33,607 bases of DNA from Candidatus Omnitrophota bacterium (GTDB lineage Bacteria; Margulisbacteria; WOR-1; XYC2-FULL-46-14; WPAF01). The notes under the pieces were generated by a model that was given only the letters and a program-made list of their open reading frames with translations, was not told the origin of the DNA and searched no databases. The stretch lies in NCBI GenBank assembly GCA_035506255.1, contig DATJPS010000063.1:1-33607 (forward strand), given 5' to 3'. This document shows positions 1 through 7,207 of this stretch, in pieces. Each line of letters starts with the position of its first letter. Within the stretch, counting starts at the first letter, position 1. A program made the position numbers and the translations under genes.

Positions 1-354
1 GATATCGGTCTTGAGCAGGGTCATCAGCTCTTCCTTTTTCAGCTCGCGGCCTTCCGCCGCCTTGTCCAATATCAGGGAAAACTCCCGTCTCACGCCGCTT
101 TCGCTTTCCGGCAGTTTGGAGATGCGGAGGTCGGTCTCACGCAGTTCAAAGAAAAGCTCTTTCCAGGTCTCAAGCACTTCCAGCGCTTCTTTTTCGGGGA
201 TGGTCTGGATCACGTACCCGCCCTGGGCGTAAATATAATCACCGAGCTTGAGATCGACGATCTCGTTGATGGCGTGCTTCTTTTCGCCGAAGTAGTCGAC
301 GGTGACGGTCTTTCCGCTGATATCCGTTACCTTACCGGGAATGGCGTAACACAC
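1..354 (-). CDS. HypC/HupF-family domain protein, first 118 codons only (gene runs off the window start). Its extension resembles the N-terminus of HydE/BioB/ThiH-type radical-SAM enzymes
   Basis: Absent from the ORF track because it runs off the edge. The reverse-strand frame from GTG at 354 is open to position 1. The GTG lies 2 nt after the TAG of the upstream peptidase gene, with AAGGA about 9 nt upstream. Translation: MCYAIPGKVTDISGKTVTVDYFGEKKHAINEIVDLKLGDYIYAQGGYVIQTIPEKEALEVLETWKELFFELRETDLRISKLPESESGVRREFSLILDKAAEGRELKKEELMTLLKTDI. MC.AIPGK plus GDY..(Q/H).G is the HypC signature. The tail is not part of a normal 75-90 aa HypC. Confidence 0.6.
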   Translation of the reverse strand, partial: MCYAIPGKVTDISGKTVTVDYFGEKKHAINEIVDLKLGDYIYAQGGYVIQTIPEKEALEVLETWKELFFELRETDLRISKLPESESGVRREFSLILDKAAEGRELKKEELMTLLKTDI

Positions 355-356
355 GA

Positions 357-2378
357 CTACCAGATCCTTGCGCGTTCGTTGAGCGGCCGGTGCATCTTGT
401 CGCCGGGAATGATGTCGAACACAGCGTAAAATTCGGTGAAGTTGCCGAGCGGCCCGTTGACGCGGTACCTGGCGGGCGAATGGGGATCGATCTTTAGTAG
501 CATCTTGGCCCGCTCGTCCCGCGTGTTGCTCCGCCACACCTGCGCGTAAGAAAAGAAGAACCGCTGTTCCGGCGAAAGCCCGTCGATCTTTTGCGTCTTC
601 CGTCCTTTGAGCGTATCTTTAAGCGCGTCATATGCGATGCTGATCCCTCCCAGATCGGCGATGTTTTCGCCCAGCGTCAGCTCGCCGTTGATGCGCATGC
701 CGGGGAATGGCTCGTAAGCGTTAAATTGTTTTACCAGGACCGAAGTTTTTTTCTTGAACCCGGCCCCGTCCGACTTGGTCCACCATTCGTTCATGTTCCC
801 CTTTGAGTCGAACTTTCTACCCTGGTCGTCGAATCCGTGGGTCATCTCGTGGCCGATCACCGAGCCGATGGCGCCGTAGTTGACCGCGTCGTCCGCTTCC
901 GAATTGAAGAATGGCGGCTGGAGGATGCCGGCGGGGAAAAGCATTTCGTTGCTCTGCGGCGAATATCCGGCGTTAACGATCTGCGCCGGCATGTGCCATT
1001 CCGAGCGATCGACCTTCTTACCCACTTTCCTGATATCGTGTTGGAACTCAAAATAGCTCGCCCGCGCCACGTTGGCGAAATACGAATCGGGCTTGATCTC
1101 CAATTTGGAATAATCGCGCCATTTATCGGGGTAGCCGATCTTGAAGGTCATGGCCGAAAGCTTGGCCAGCGCCTTCTTCTTGGTGGCGTCGCTCATCCAG
1201 TCGAGTTTCTTTATCCTTTCGCGGAACGCGCTCCGCAGTTCCTCCACCATCGCCCGCGCCCGCTTCTTCGCTTCCGGCGAGAATCGTTCTTCAACGAACA
1301 GCTTCCCTACCGCCTCGTTGAGACAGCTGTTGACCGTCCCCACCACCCGCTTCCAGCGCGGCAATATTTTCTTGGCCCCGCTCAGGGTGTGTCCGTAAAA
1401 TTCGAACTCCAGCTTTACCGAAGAGGAATTGAAACAGTCGGCGTTCTCGTTGACCAGGCAGAAGGCGAAATAATCCTTCCAGTCGGCAAGCGGGACCGAG
1501 GCCAGCAGTTTATTCATCCCGGCAAAGAACTTTGGCTGGGCCACGTTTATGTTGCCGGGAGAAGCCAGGCCGATCGCCTTGAAATACCCTTTCCAGTCGA
1601 AATTCGGGCACAGCTTCGTTAGCCTGGCGAGCGGCATCGGGTGATAATTCAGCTGCGGGTCGCGCAGCTCGGTCTTGCTCATCGATATCCTGGCGAGCGC
1701 GGTCTCGATGCGGAGCACAGTTTCGGCCGCGGCGGATGCGCCCTTTTCGTCCTTCCCCATCAGCCGGAACATCCGGGCGGTAAAGGCGAAATACTTTTCC
1801 ATGATCCCTTTGGAGTAAGGATCGTCCTTGAGGTAATAATCGCGGTCGGGAAGATTGAGCCCTCCCTGCGTCACGCCGACGACGTTAAGGTCGCTGTTCT
1901 TGAAATCCGGGCCGACGTAAAGATCGAAGATCGGGCTGCAGGTGTACTGCTGCATGTGGGCGATCTCCTCCGTCAGACCCTTAAGGTCGGATATCTTCTC
2001 GATCCGCGCCAGTTCCGGCCGCGCGGGATCCAGCCCTTCCGCCTCGATCTTCTTTTCGTCCATGCCGATAGCGTAAAGGTCTCCCACTTTCTTGCGGACC
2101 GGGTCGTTCACCGCGCCGCACGCCCTTTCCATGAGGTCGCGGAGGATCTTGACGTTGTCCTCGGAAAGGATGACAAAGCTTCCCCAGCTGCTGTGCTCGG
2201 CCGGGATCGGGTTTTGTTTCAGCCAGTTCCCCACCGCGTACTGGTAAAAATCGTCCTGCGGGCGGACCGAGCTGTCGATATTGTTCAGATCCAGCGGTTT
2301 CATATTGTTTTGGCAGCCGGACAGGAGCGCCGCCGCCAGTACCAATTCTATCAGAAATACGCGTTTAATTGAAATCAT
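357..2378 (-). CDS. pepO: M13-family zinc metalloendopeptidase (PepO/neprilysin/ECE-like), probable lipoprotein
   Basis: 673-aa ORF. Signal peptide with lipobox LLSGC. HExxH motif in VIGHEMTHGFD. GENIADLGG motif supplying the third zinc ligand Glu. VNAGYSP (NAYY-like) and a C-terminal ...ERARIW typical of M13. The start overlaps the upstream stop (ATGA at 2375-2378). Confidence 0.92.
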   Translation of the reverse strand: MISIKRVFLIELVLAAALLSGCQNNMKPLDLNNIDSSVRPQDDFYQYAVGNWLKQNPIPAEHSSWGSFVILSEDNVKILRDLMERACGAVNDPVRKKVGDLYAIGMDEKKIEAEGLDPARPELARIEKISDLKGLTEEIAHMQQYTCSPIFDLYVGPDFKNSDLNVVGVTQGGLNLPDRDYYLKDDPYSKGIMEKYFAFTARMFRLMGKDEKGASAAAETVLRIETALARISMSKTELRDPQLNYHPMPLARLTKLCPNFDWKGYFKAIGLASPGNINVAQPKFFAGMNKLLASVPLADWKDYFAFCLVNENADCFNSSSVKLEFEFYGHTLSGAKKILPRWKRVVGTVNSCLNEAVGKLFVEERFSPEAKKRARAMVEELRSAFRERIKKLDWMSDATKKKALAKLSAMTFKIGYPDKWRDYSKLEIKPDSYFANVARASYFEFQHDIRKVGKKVDRSEWHMPAQIVNAGYSPQSNEMLFPAGILQPPFFNSEADDAVNYGAIGSVIGHEMTHGFDDQGRKFDSKGNMNEWWTKSDGAGFKKKTSVLVKQFNAYEPFPGMRINGELTLGENIADLGGISIAYDALKDTLKGRKTQKIDGLSPEQRFFFSYAQVWRSNTRDERAKMLLKIDPHSPARYRVNGPLGNFTEFYAVFDIIPGDKMHRPLNERARIW

Positions 2379-3145
2379 GGCTTGCGTGCCAGAATGGAAA
2401 CGAACATCGGGATCTCAATGCGCGAAGAATCTTCCGCCTTTTTACGCGGACCGGACTTGCTTATCCGGTGGGATATCCATTCCTCAAGATCAATGACCGC
2501 CAGACCGCACGACCTCAAGACCTTGAAATACTCGGATAAAGGGCGATGATAAGTATAAGTGATCTGGTCGGGAGCGTAGCCGGGATGCATCCGGATGGGG
2601 ACCTTGATCTGCGACATATACCTATCCACACGGCGGTACTGGGTGTCCTTTTTGTGGTCGAATCCCCAGTGGCTGTTCCTGGGGACGCGGAAACAGGGAT
2701 GGAGCGTGACGAAAAGGAACCGCCCTCCCGGCTTGAGCACTCGCGATATTTCCGAAAGTACCGGAGCGATCGGGTCGATGTTCTGCAGCGCCATGATGCT
2801 GGCGGCCGAGTCGAAAGTCCCGTCCTGGAACAATTTCATGGAGGCGGCATTCACCACCGCGTATTTAATATCCGGCGAACGTTTTTTTGCGGAATCGATC
2901 AACCGCTTCGAAGCGTCGATCCCCACCACCTCCGCCCCTGCCTCCGCCAGCTTTCGGCTGAACACTCCCTGCCCGCAAGCGACATCGAGGACCTTTTCCC
3001 CTTTTTGCGGAGCGAGCATCCTCAATGCGCCGGGAATGATGACATTGCGGTGGTAGTCCGATCCCTCGTCTCCCACCAGCCCGTCATACCATTCGGCCAC
3101 TTCGTTCCAGCCGGTTTCTTTCGGCCTGCGCGTTTTTCTATCCAT
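2375..3145 (-). CDS. class I SAM-dependent methyltransferase
   Basis: 256-aa ORF. Motif I VLDVACGQGVFS, then acidic VVGIDAS, then LKPGGRFLF (post-II/III motifs). Translationally coupled to pepO. Confidence 0.85.
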   Translation of the reverse strand: MDRKTRRPKETGWNEVAEWYDGLVGDEGSDYHRNVIIPGALRMLAPQKGEKVLDVACGQGVFSRKLAEAGAEVVGIDASKRLIDSAKKRSPDIKYAVVNAASMKLFQDGTFDSAASIMALQNIDPIAPVLSEISRVLKPGGRFLFVTLHPCFRVPRNSHWGFDHKKDTQYRRVDRYMSQIKVPIRMHPGYAPDQITYTYHRPLSEYFKVLRSCGLAVIDLEEWISHRISKSGPRKKAEDSSRIEIPMFVSILARKP

Positions 3146-3149
3146 CTGA

Positions 3150-3158
3150 TGTTAAAAT
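3150..3158 (+). promoter_or_regulatory. extended -10 element TGtTAAAAT, 6 nt upstream of ATG 3165 (leaderless-type promoter)
   Basis: Read directly: tgt-TAAAAT-gatagc-ATG. No Shine-Dalgarno. It overlaps by 2 nt the opposite-strand TGcTATCAT (plus coordinates 3157-3165), which sits 11 nt from the minus-strand ATG at 3145. Confidence 0.4.
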
Positions 3159-3164
3159 GATAGC

Positions 3165-3818
3165 ATGCAAAAGATGGCCGCTCAATTGTTTTGCGTCCTG
3201 CTGGTCTGCCTTACGGCTTGCTCCACCGCGGCATTGCCGGTAAAATCCTATCTTCCAGTCCCATTCCTCTGCCAGGCACCGTACGGGAACTGGAGCGAAC
3301 CGTGGCAGGACGCCTGTGAGGAAGCGTCGATCATCATGGCCATACATTATATAAAAGGCACTCCGTTGACCCCGTCATCCGGTGACAAAGAGATACTCTC
3401 GCTGGTTAATTACGAAATGGAGAATTACGGCGGGCATTTTGATCTAACCGCGGAAAAGACCGCCCGGCTGGTTAAAGAATATTACGGTATCAGCCCGGAG
3501 GTGCGGTTCAAGTTCACCGTGACCGACATCAAAGAGGAACTGGCTAAAAAGAACATCGTGATCGCCCCCATGGCGGGAAGGATGCTCGGTAACCCGTACT
3601 ACACCCCGCCCGGCCCCGCCTACCATTATATGGTCTTCCGGGGCTATGACGACCGGACCGGCCAATTCATCACTAACGATTCAGGCACCCGGCACGGGCT
3701 GAATTACCGTTATAAATACCTGACGGCATATAACGCCATCCACGACTGGACCGGAAACAAGGCGACCATCCCACGCGGCAAGAAGGTAATTATCGTATTC
3801 CCCAAAACCTCGATCTGA
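3165..3818 (+). CDS. secreted/lipoprotein with peptidase C39-like (C39_2/BtrH-like) papain-fold domain
   Basis: 217-aa ORF. Signal peptide with LTAC lipobox. Q....WSEPWQDACEEASIIMAIHY resembles the Gln-Cys catalytic N-terminal motif of the C39_2 family, with a His-containing NAIHDW near the C-terminus. Family assignment is from memory only. Confidence 0.5.
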   Translation: MQKMAAQLFCVLLVCLTACSTAALPVKSYLPVPFLCQAPYGNWSEPWQDACEEASIIMAIHYIKGTPLTPSSGDKEILSLVNYEMENYGGHFDLTAEKTARLVKEYYGISPEVRFKFTVTDIKEELAKKNIVIAPMAGRMLGNPYYTPPGPAYHYMVFRGYDDRTGQFITNDSGTRHGLNYRYKYLTAYNAIHDWTGNKATIPRGKKVIIVFPKTSI

Positions 3819-3930
3819 ATGATCTCCGTACCAGCTAAAATTCCCGAACTATCAACGGATCATCGGATATCCGAATATGCTTTTATGCTTTTATCCGTTT
3901 ATCCGTTGTTTATCCGATGATAGGAACCAA

Positions 3931-4037
3931 CTGAAATTCCCGATCGGAATTGACGATATATATGTAGAGGGATTCAAGACCTCTTATTTGGTTACAACTA
4001 AGCCGGGACGCCTGTTCCCCGGCTTTTTTGTTGGCAT
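3931..4037 (+). other. conserved 107-nt module B1: palindrome AATTCC-N5-GGAATT, short hairpin AGAGG-N9-CCTCT and an intrinsic terminator; sRNA or regulatory/terminator cassette
   Basis: About 90% identical to 4724-4830. Shared string: ctgaaattcccg..cggaattgacgatatatatgtagagg(g)gattcaagacctcttatttggtt....taagccgg...gcctgttc.ccggcttttttgttggcat. Confidence 0.5.
4002..4029 (+). terminator. rho-independent terminator (GCCGGG-loop-CCCGGC + T6) downstream of 3165-3818
   Basis: GC stem followed by TTTTTT. Copy B2 carries a compensatory G-C to A-T change in the stem. Confidence 0.7.
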
Positions 4038-4207
4038 GCCCTTCTGCTTGCCTCGCCATACTTTCAACGGATATCCCAACGGATCATCGGATATCCGGAC
4101 CTGCCTTTATGCCTTTATACCGTATCCGTTTATCCGTTGTTTATCCGATGATAGGATCCGCTTATCCGTTTTATTATCCTTGATAGATCATCCGTTGATA
4201 GCCCCCC

Positions 4208-4236
4208 TTGCAGTACCGGCCGCACCGAAGTAAAAT
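4208..4236 (+). promoter_or_regulatory. sigma70-like promoter TTGCAG-N17-TAAAAT, 6 nt upstream of the yjbQ ATG (leaderless-type)
   Basis: -35 at 4208-4213, 17-nt spacer, -10 at 4231-4236, then cacagc and ATG 4243. No SD. Confidence 0.5.
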
Positions 4237-4242
4237 CACAGC

Positions 4243-4656
4243 ATGAAGACACTTACTGAATATCTGTATTTCACCACCCGCGAAAAGCGCGAGATCGTTA
4301 ATATCACTTCACAGATAGAAGAGATCGTGGACCGTTCCGGGATCAAGGAAGGAATGCTCCTGGTATCGGCCATGCACATCACCGCCTCCATCTTTGTCAA
4401 CGATGAGGAACCGGGGATAAAAAAGGACTTTTTGGAATGGGCGGAGCGGCTGGCCCCTTTTAACCTTGATTATAACCATCACCGGACCGGGGAGACCAAC
4501 GGTGACTCTCACATGAAGTCGATCCTTTTTAATCATGAGGTCGTCCTTCCTGTGACCAAAGGCAAGCTGGACTTTGGTCCCTGGCAGCAGGTATTTTACG
4601 GCGAATGGGATGGCCAGAGAAAAAAACGGGTGATCGTAAAAGTGATGGGGGAATGA
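4243..4656 (+). CDS. yjbQ: YjbQ/UPF0047 family protein (secondary thiamine-phosphate synthase-like)
   Basis: 137-aa ORF. Typical length and motifs: HITASIFVNDEEPG, YNHH....NGDSHMKS, and LDFGPWQQVFYGEWDG near the C-terminus. Confidence 0.85.
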   Translation: MKTLTEYLYFTTREKREIVNITSQIEEIVDRSGIKEGMLLVSAMHITASIFVNDEEPGIKKDFLEWAERLAPFNLDYNHHRTGETNGDSHMKSILFNHEVVLPVTKGKLDFGPWQQVFYGEWDGQRKKRVIVKVMGE

Positions 4657-4723
4657 ACTGATCCTGCGAACTCTGTAAACCCGCCCCGCCGCCAATTATT
4701 GCCCCAGTAAATAATCAGATAAT

Positions 4724-4830
4724 CTGAAATTCCCGGCCGGAATTGACGATATATATGTAGAGGGGATTCAAGACCTCTTATTTGGTTCAATTAAGCCGGA
4801 GCGCCTGTTCTCCGGCTTTTTTGTTGGCAT
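4724..4830 (+). other. module B2, second copy of the palindrome-hairpin-terminator cassette
   Basis: See B1. Located 68 nt downstream of the yjbQ stop. Confidence 0.5.
4795..4822 (+). terminator. rho-independent terminator (GCCGGAG-loop-CTCCGGC + T6) downstream of yjbQ
   Basis: Perfect 7-bp GC-rich stem followed by TTTTTT. Confidence 0.75.
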
Positions 4831-4841
4831 AAACACCCCAT

Positions 4842-5126
4842 CTATCAACGGATATTCCAACGGATCATCGCATATCCGGACATGCCTTTTATCCGCTTAT
4901 CCGTTTTATTATCCGTTGACAGGAACAGACTAAAATTACCGCCGGAATGCCTAAACTATCAACGGATATTCCAACGGATCATCGCATATCCGGACATGCC
5001 TTTTATCCGCTTATCCGTTTTATATCCGTTGATAGAATCCGCTTATCCGTTTTATCCGTTGATAGAATCCGCTTATCCGTTTTCTTATCCGTTGATAGGA
5101 TCCGTTGATAGATCATCCGTTGATAG
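4842..5126. repeat. repeat array II of TATCCGTTGATAG-type motifs: units A3 4842-4923 and A4 4956-5035 (near-identical), then tandem AATCCGCTTATCCGTTTTATCCGTTGATAG units
   Basis: Read directly. A3 and A4 are almost identical 80-nt units separated by a partial B-start (ctaaaattaccgccggaatgcc). ORF 4882-5175 is a translation of the repeats. Confidence 0.9.
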
Positions 5127-5135
5127 TGCTATACT
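5127..5135 (+). promoter_or_regulatory. extended -10 TGcTATACT, 6 nt upstream of ATG 5142 (leaderless-type)
   Basis: tgc-TATACT-atctgt-ATG. The same TGCTATACT element recurs at 24053-24061. Confidence 0.45.
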
Positions 5136-5141
5136 ATCTGT

Positions 5142-5801
5142 ATGGCCCGTTTTAAGACTTTGTTCCTGGTATTGATCATCCTGGCGCTGATCGCCTACCG
5201 TCTGTTCTTCTATGTCCCGGGAGGCATAGTGATAGAAAAGAAGATAAAGACCTCACGGTTCGACATGGTCTATCCCCAGATATCGCACTCCACCGACGAG
5301 GCAACAAAGAACGCCATTAACCGGTTGTTGTATTCGGAAGCGTTCCAGTTCAGCGAGGACAAAGACCTGACAAAGGACGAGCAAAAAGATAGCAACTATT
5401 ATGTCAGGTCGTATATCAAACGCTACACCCCGCCGATATTAAGTATAAGGTACGATGAATCGTTCATGGCATTGCACATGGCGCATCCAATGAACGGGGT
5501 GCGGGCGGTGACGATAAATGCCGACAACGGGCGTGTCTACGCGTTAAAGGACCTGTTCGTTAAAGGCGTTGACCATAAGGCGGTATTGAACGCCGTTACC
5601 TCCGCCATTCTGCAAAAGAAAGGCGAAGTCCTTCTCTATCCTTACGCAGGGATCACCAAAGACCAGGAATTCTACCTGACCAACAATTCGTTGGTGATAT
5701 TATTCCAGGAATATACTTATACCACCCACGCAGAGGGCGCGCTGGAGATCCCTGTCCCGTTATCGGATATCAAAGACAAGCTCGATCCCCTTTTCCGCTG
5801 A
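5142..5801 (+). CDS. membrane-anchored DUF4163/DUF3298-type (RsiV/PdaC C-terminal-like) protein
   Basis: 219-aa ORF. N-terminal TM helix. YPQIS....DEATKNAINRLL and the C-terminal FYLTNNSLVILFQEYTYTTHAEGALEIPVPL match the pattern I recall for DUF4163+DUF3298 proteins. Confidence 0.55.
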   Translation: MARFKTLFLVLIILALIAYRLFFYVPGGIVIEKKIKTSRFDMVYPQISHSTDEATKNAINRLLYSEAFQFSEDKDLTKDEQKDSNYYVRSYIKRYTPPILSIRYDESFMALHMAHPMNGVRAVTINADNGRVYALKDLFVKGVDHKAVLNAVTSAILQKKGEVLLYPYAGITKDQEFYLTNNSLVILFQEYTYTTHAEGALEIPVPLSDIKDKLDPLFR

Positions 5802-5817
5802 CCGGTTCGATCGCGTC

Positions 5818-5851
5818 CTATCCGTTTATCCGTTCAAATATCCGTTGATAG
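5818..5851. repeat. third small cluster of TATCCGTT / CCGTTGATAG motifs between convergent genes
   Basis: ctatccgtttatccgttcaaatatccgttgatag. It overlaps and supplies the last codons (LSTDI-stop) of the DUF1667 gene. Confidence 0.8.
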
Positions 5852-6205
5852 CCCGGCGTCCCGGGTCGCGACAAGGTTCGCCCCGGAGCCGAGGATATTT
5901 GCGGCGATCACATCTCCGGTCCTGACCGGTCTTGCCAGTACGATCTTTTTGATTTCTTCCATCGCGGCAAAGAGCTGGCGCTTGGGGATCGGTTTGTCGG
6001 TGCGTACCGGCACCATCTTGATCTCCAGCCCGGCGGCGATGACGGTCGAGGAGAGAACGCGCAACGGATTTTCGACCTCCTGCCGGCCGTAAGCGTCCCC
6101 TTTGGGGCATTTATTGCCGGACAGCCCGATCACCTTCCCCTCTTCCACGTTCACCTCCAGTTGACACCCCTGCGGGCATTCAATGCAGGTTATCTTCTTG
6201 ATCAC
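5834..6205 (-). CDS. DUF1667 domain protein (small Cys-rich subunit found with glycerol-3-phosphate flavoprotein pairs)
   Basis: 123-aa ORF. MIKKITCIECPQGCQLEV...GNKCPKG is the characteristic DUF1667 N-terminus. The start overlaps the upstream gene's stop. Confidence 0.8.
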   Translation of the reverse strand: MIKKITCIECPQGCQLEVNVEEGKVIGLSGNKCPKGDAYGRQEVENPLRVLSSTVIAAGLEIKMVPVRTDKPIPKRQLFAAMEEIKKIVLARPVRTGDVIAANILGSGANLVATRDAGLSTDI

Positions 6206-7179
6206 TTTGCCGCTCCCAGGTATTCCGCGGCCGACTTTCCCGCCTTGATGCTGTCGGCGGTGACCCCGTCCACCAGGTCATAGATCTTGAACGAATTGCC
6301 GCAGACGAAGATGCCGGGGATGGAGGTCTTATTGACTACCGCCGTTACCGGCGTGTTTGACTTTTTGTCGATCGTCGCTCCCGCCATCTCGATCAGTTCG
6401 TTCTCGGGTATCAGGCCAACCGAGGTCAGGAGGGTATCGCATTTTATCTCGAACCGGGTGCCGGGCTTTTCGTTGAACGAATCGTCGACCTCCGCCACCT
6501 CCACCTTTTCCACCCGGTCGCGCCCGTGCACCGCCGCGATCTTATGGCTTAAGTAGAGAGGTATCTCGAAGTCCTCCAGACACTGGACAATATTGCGGAC
6601 CAGTCCGCCCGACTTCTTCTGGATCTCGATCACGCCTTTCACCTTTGCCCCTTCGAGCGTGAACCGCCGCGCCATGATGAGGCCGATATCTCCCGAGCCG
6701 ACGATCACCACTTCGCGCCCGGGGAGCAGACCCTCGATGTTGATCATTTTTTGCGCCAGTCCGGCGGGGAACACCCCGGCCGGGCGCGTGCCGGGAATAT
6801 GGACCATTTCCCGCGTCCGCTCGCGGCAACCGGTCGCCATGATCAGCGCTTTCGCCTTCACTTCTTCCAGCTTACCCGGTTTGAGATAAGTGACGATCCG
6901 ATCGGCCGTCAACTTCACCGTGAACGACCGGAGACTGACCTCGATCTGGGGGTAGGTCCTCACTTTCTTGATGAACCGGTCGGCGTATTCGGGGCCGGTA
7001 AGGTTCTCGCGGAAGTAGCGGAGCCCGAATCCGGAGTGGATGCACTGGTTGAGGATGCCGCCCAGGTACTGGTCCCGTTCGATGATAAGAACGTCTTTCA
7101 CGCCGTTCTCGCAGGCGGACATCGCCGCCGCCATTCCCGCCGGCCCCCCGCCAACTATAATCAATTCTCTTTCTTTCAT
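6202..7179 (-). CDS. FAD/NAD(P)-binding pyridine-nucleotide-disulfide oxidoreductase-like flavoprotein
   Basis: 325-aa ORF. Dinucleotide fold IIVGGGPAGMAAA near the N-terminus, a second GxGxxG in VVIVGSGDIGLIMA, and C-terminal GIFVCGN. Confidence 0.85.
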   Translation of the reverse strand: MKERELIIVGGGPAGMAAAMSACENGVKDVLIIERDQYLGGILNQCIHSGFGLRYFRENLTGPEYADRFIKKVRTYPQIEVSLRSFTVKLTADRIVTYLKPGKLEEVKAKALIMATGCRERTREMVHIPGTRPAGVFPAGLAQKMINIEGLLPGREVVIVGSGDIGLIMARRFTLEGAKVKGVIEIQKKSGGLVRNIVQCLEDFEIPLYLSHKIAAVHGRDRVEKVEVAEVDDSFNEKPGTRFEIKCDTLLTSVGLIPENELIEMAGATIDKKSNTPVTAVVNKTSIPGIFVCGNSFKIYDLVDGVTADSIKAGKSAAEYLGAAK

Positions 7180-7207
7180 ATTCGCATTACACTTTTCGCA
7201 TTACGCA

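Larger units (their letters stand above)
3836..4201. repeat. repeat array I of TATCCGTT / AACGGATA (TATCCGTTGATAG-type) motifs: composite units A1 3849-3924 and A2 4062-4155, tail 4156-4201, interrupted by module B1
   Basis: Read directly. Each ~80-95 nt unit has AACGGAT copies in its left arm and TATCCGTT/TATCCGAT copies in its right arm, forming an imperfect inverted repeat. The same unit recurs at 4842-4923 and 4956-5035. ORF 3877-4233 is only a translation of these repeats. Confidence 0.85.

Noticed and set aside
837-2372. Long plus-strand ORFs (837-1622, 1641-2372) antisense to the M13 peptidase gene. Similar shadow ORFs: 7040-7900, 9598-10431, 10965-12128, 12859-13569, 15687-16286, 25132-26409, 27604-28170, 28724-29362, 29684-30253 and 31684-32505
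   Set aside because: These are typical high-GC antisense or off-frame shadow ORFs. They are Arg/Pro/Gly/Ala-rich with no motifs, and each lies wholly inside a gene with strong family signatures.
3965-3986. Hairpin AGAGG-gattcaaga-CCTCT in module B as a tRNA T-arm fragment (integration-site relic)
   Set aside because: The loop is 9 nt rather than 7 and lacks the TTCGAAT/TTCAAAT-type consensus. There are no acceptor-stem or CCA-proximal features on either side.
3836-5126. Possibility that the TTATCCGTT arrays are DnaA boxes (oriC), or a CRISPR array
   Set aside because: TTATCC matches only the first six bases of the TTATCCACA box. There is no dnaA/dnaN, no AT-rich unwinding element, and gene orientation does not diverge from this point. 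For CRISPR, the repeats are 8-13 nt, irregularly spaced, occur in both orientations without unique spacers, and no cas genes are present.
3877-5175. ORFs 3877-4233 and 4882-5175 (PFIRCLSDDR..., YPLIESAYPF... repeats)
   Set aside because: Their periodic peptide repeats are simply translations of the TATCCGTT repeat arrays. There is no RBS and they cross a rho-independent terminator.
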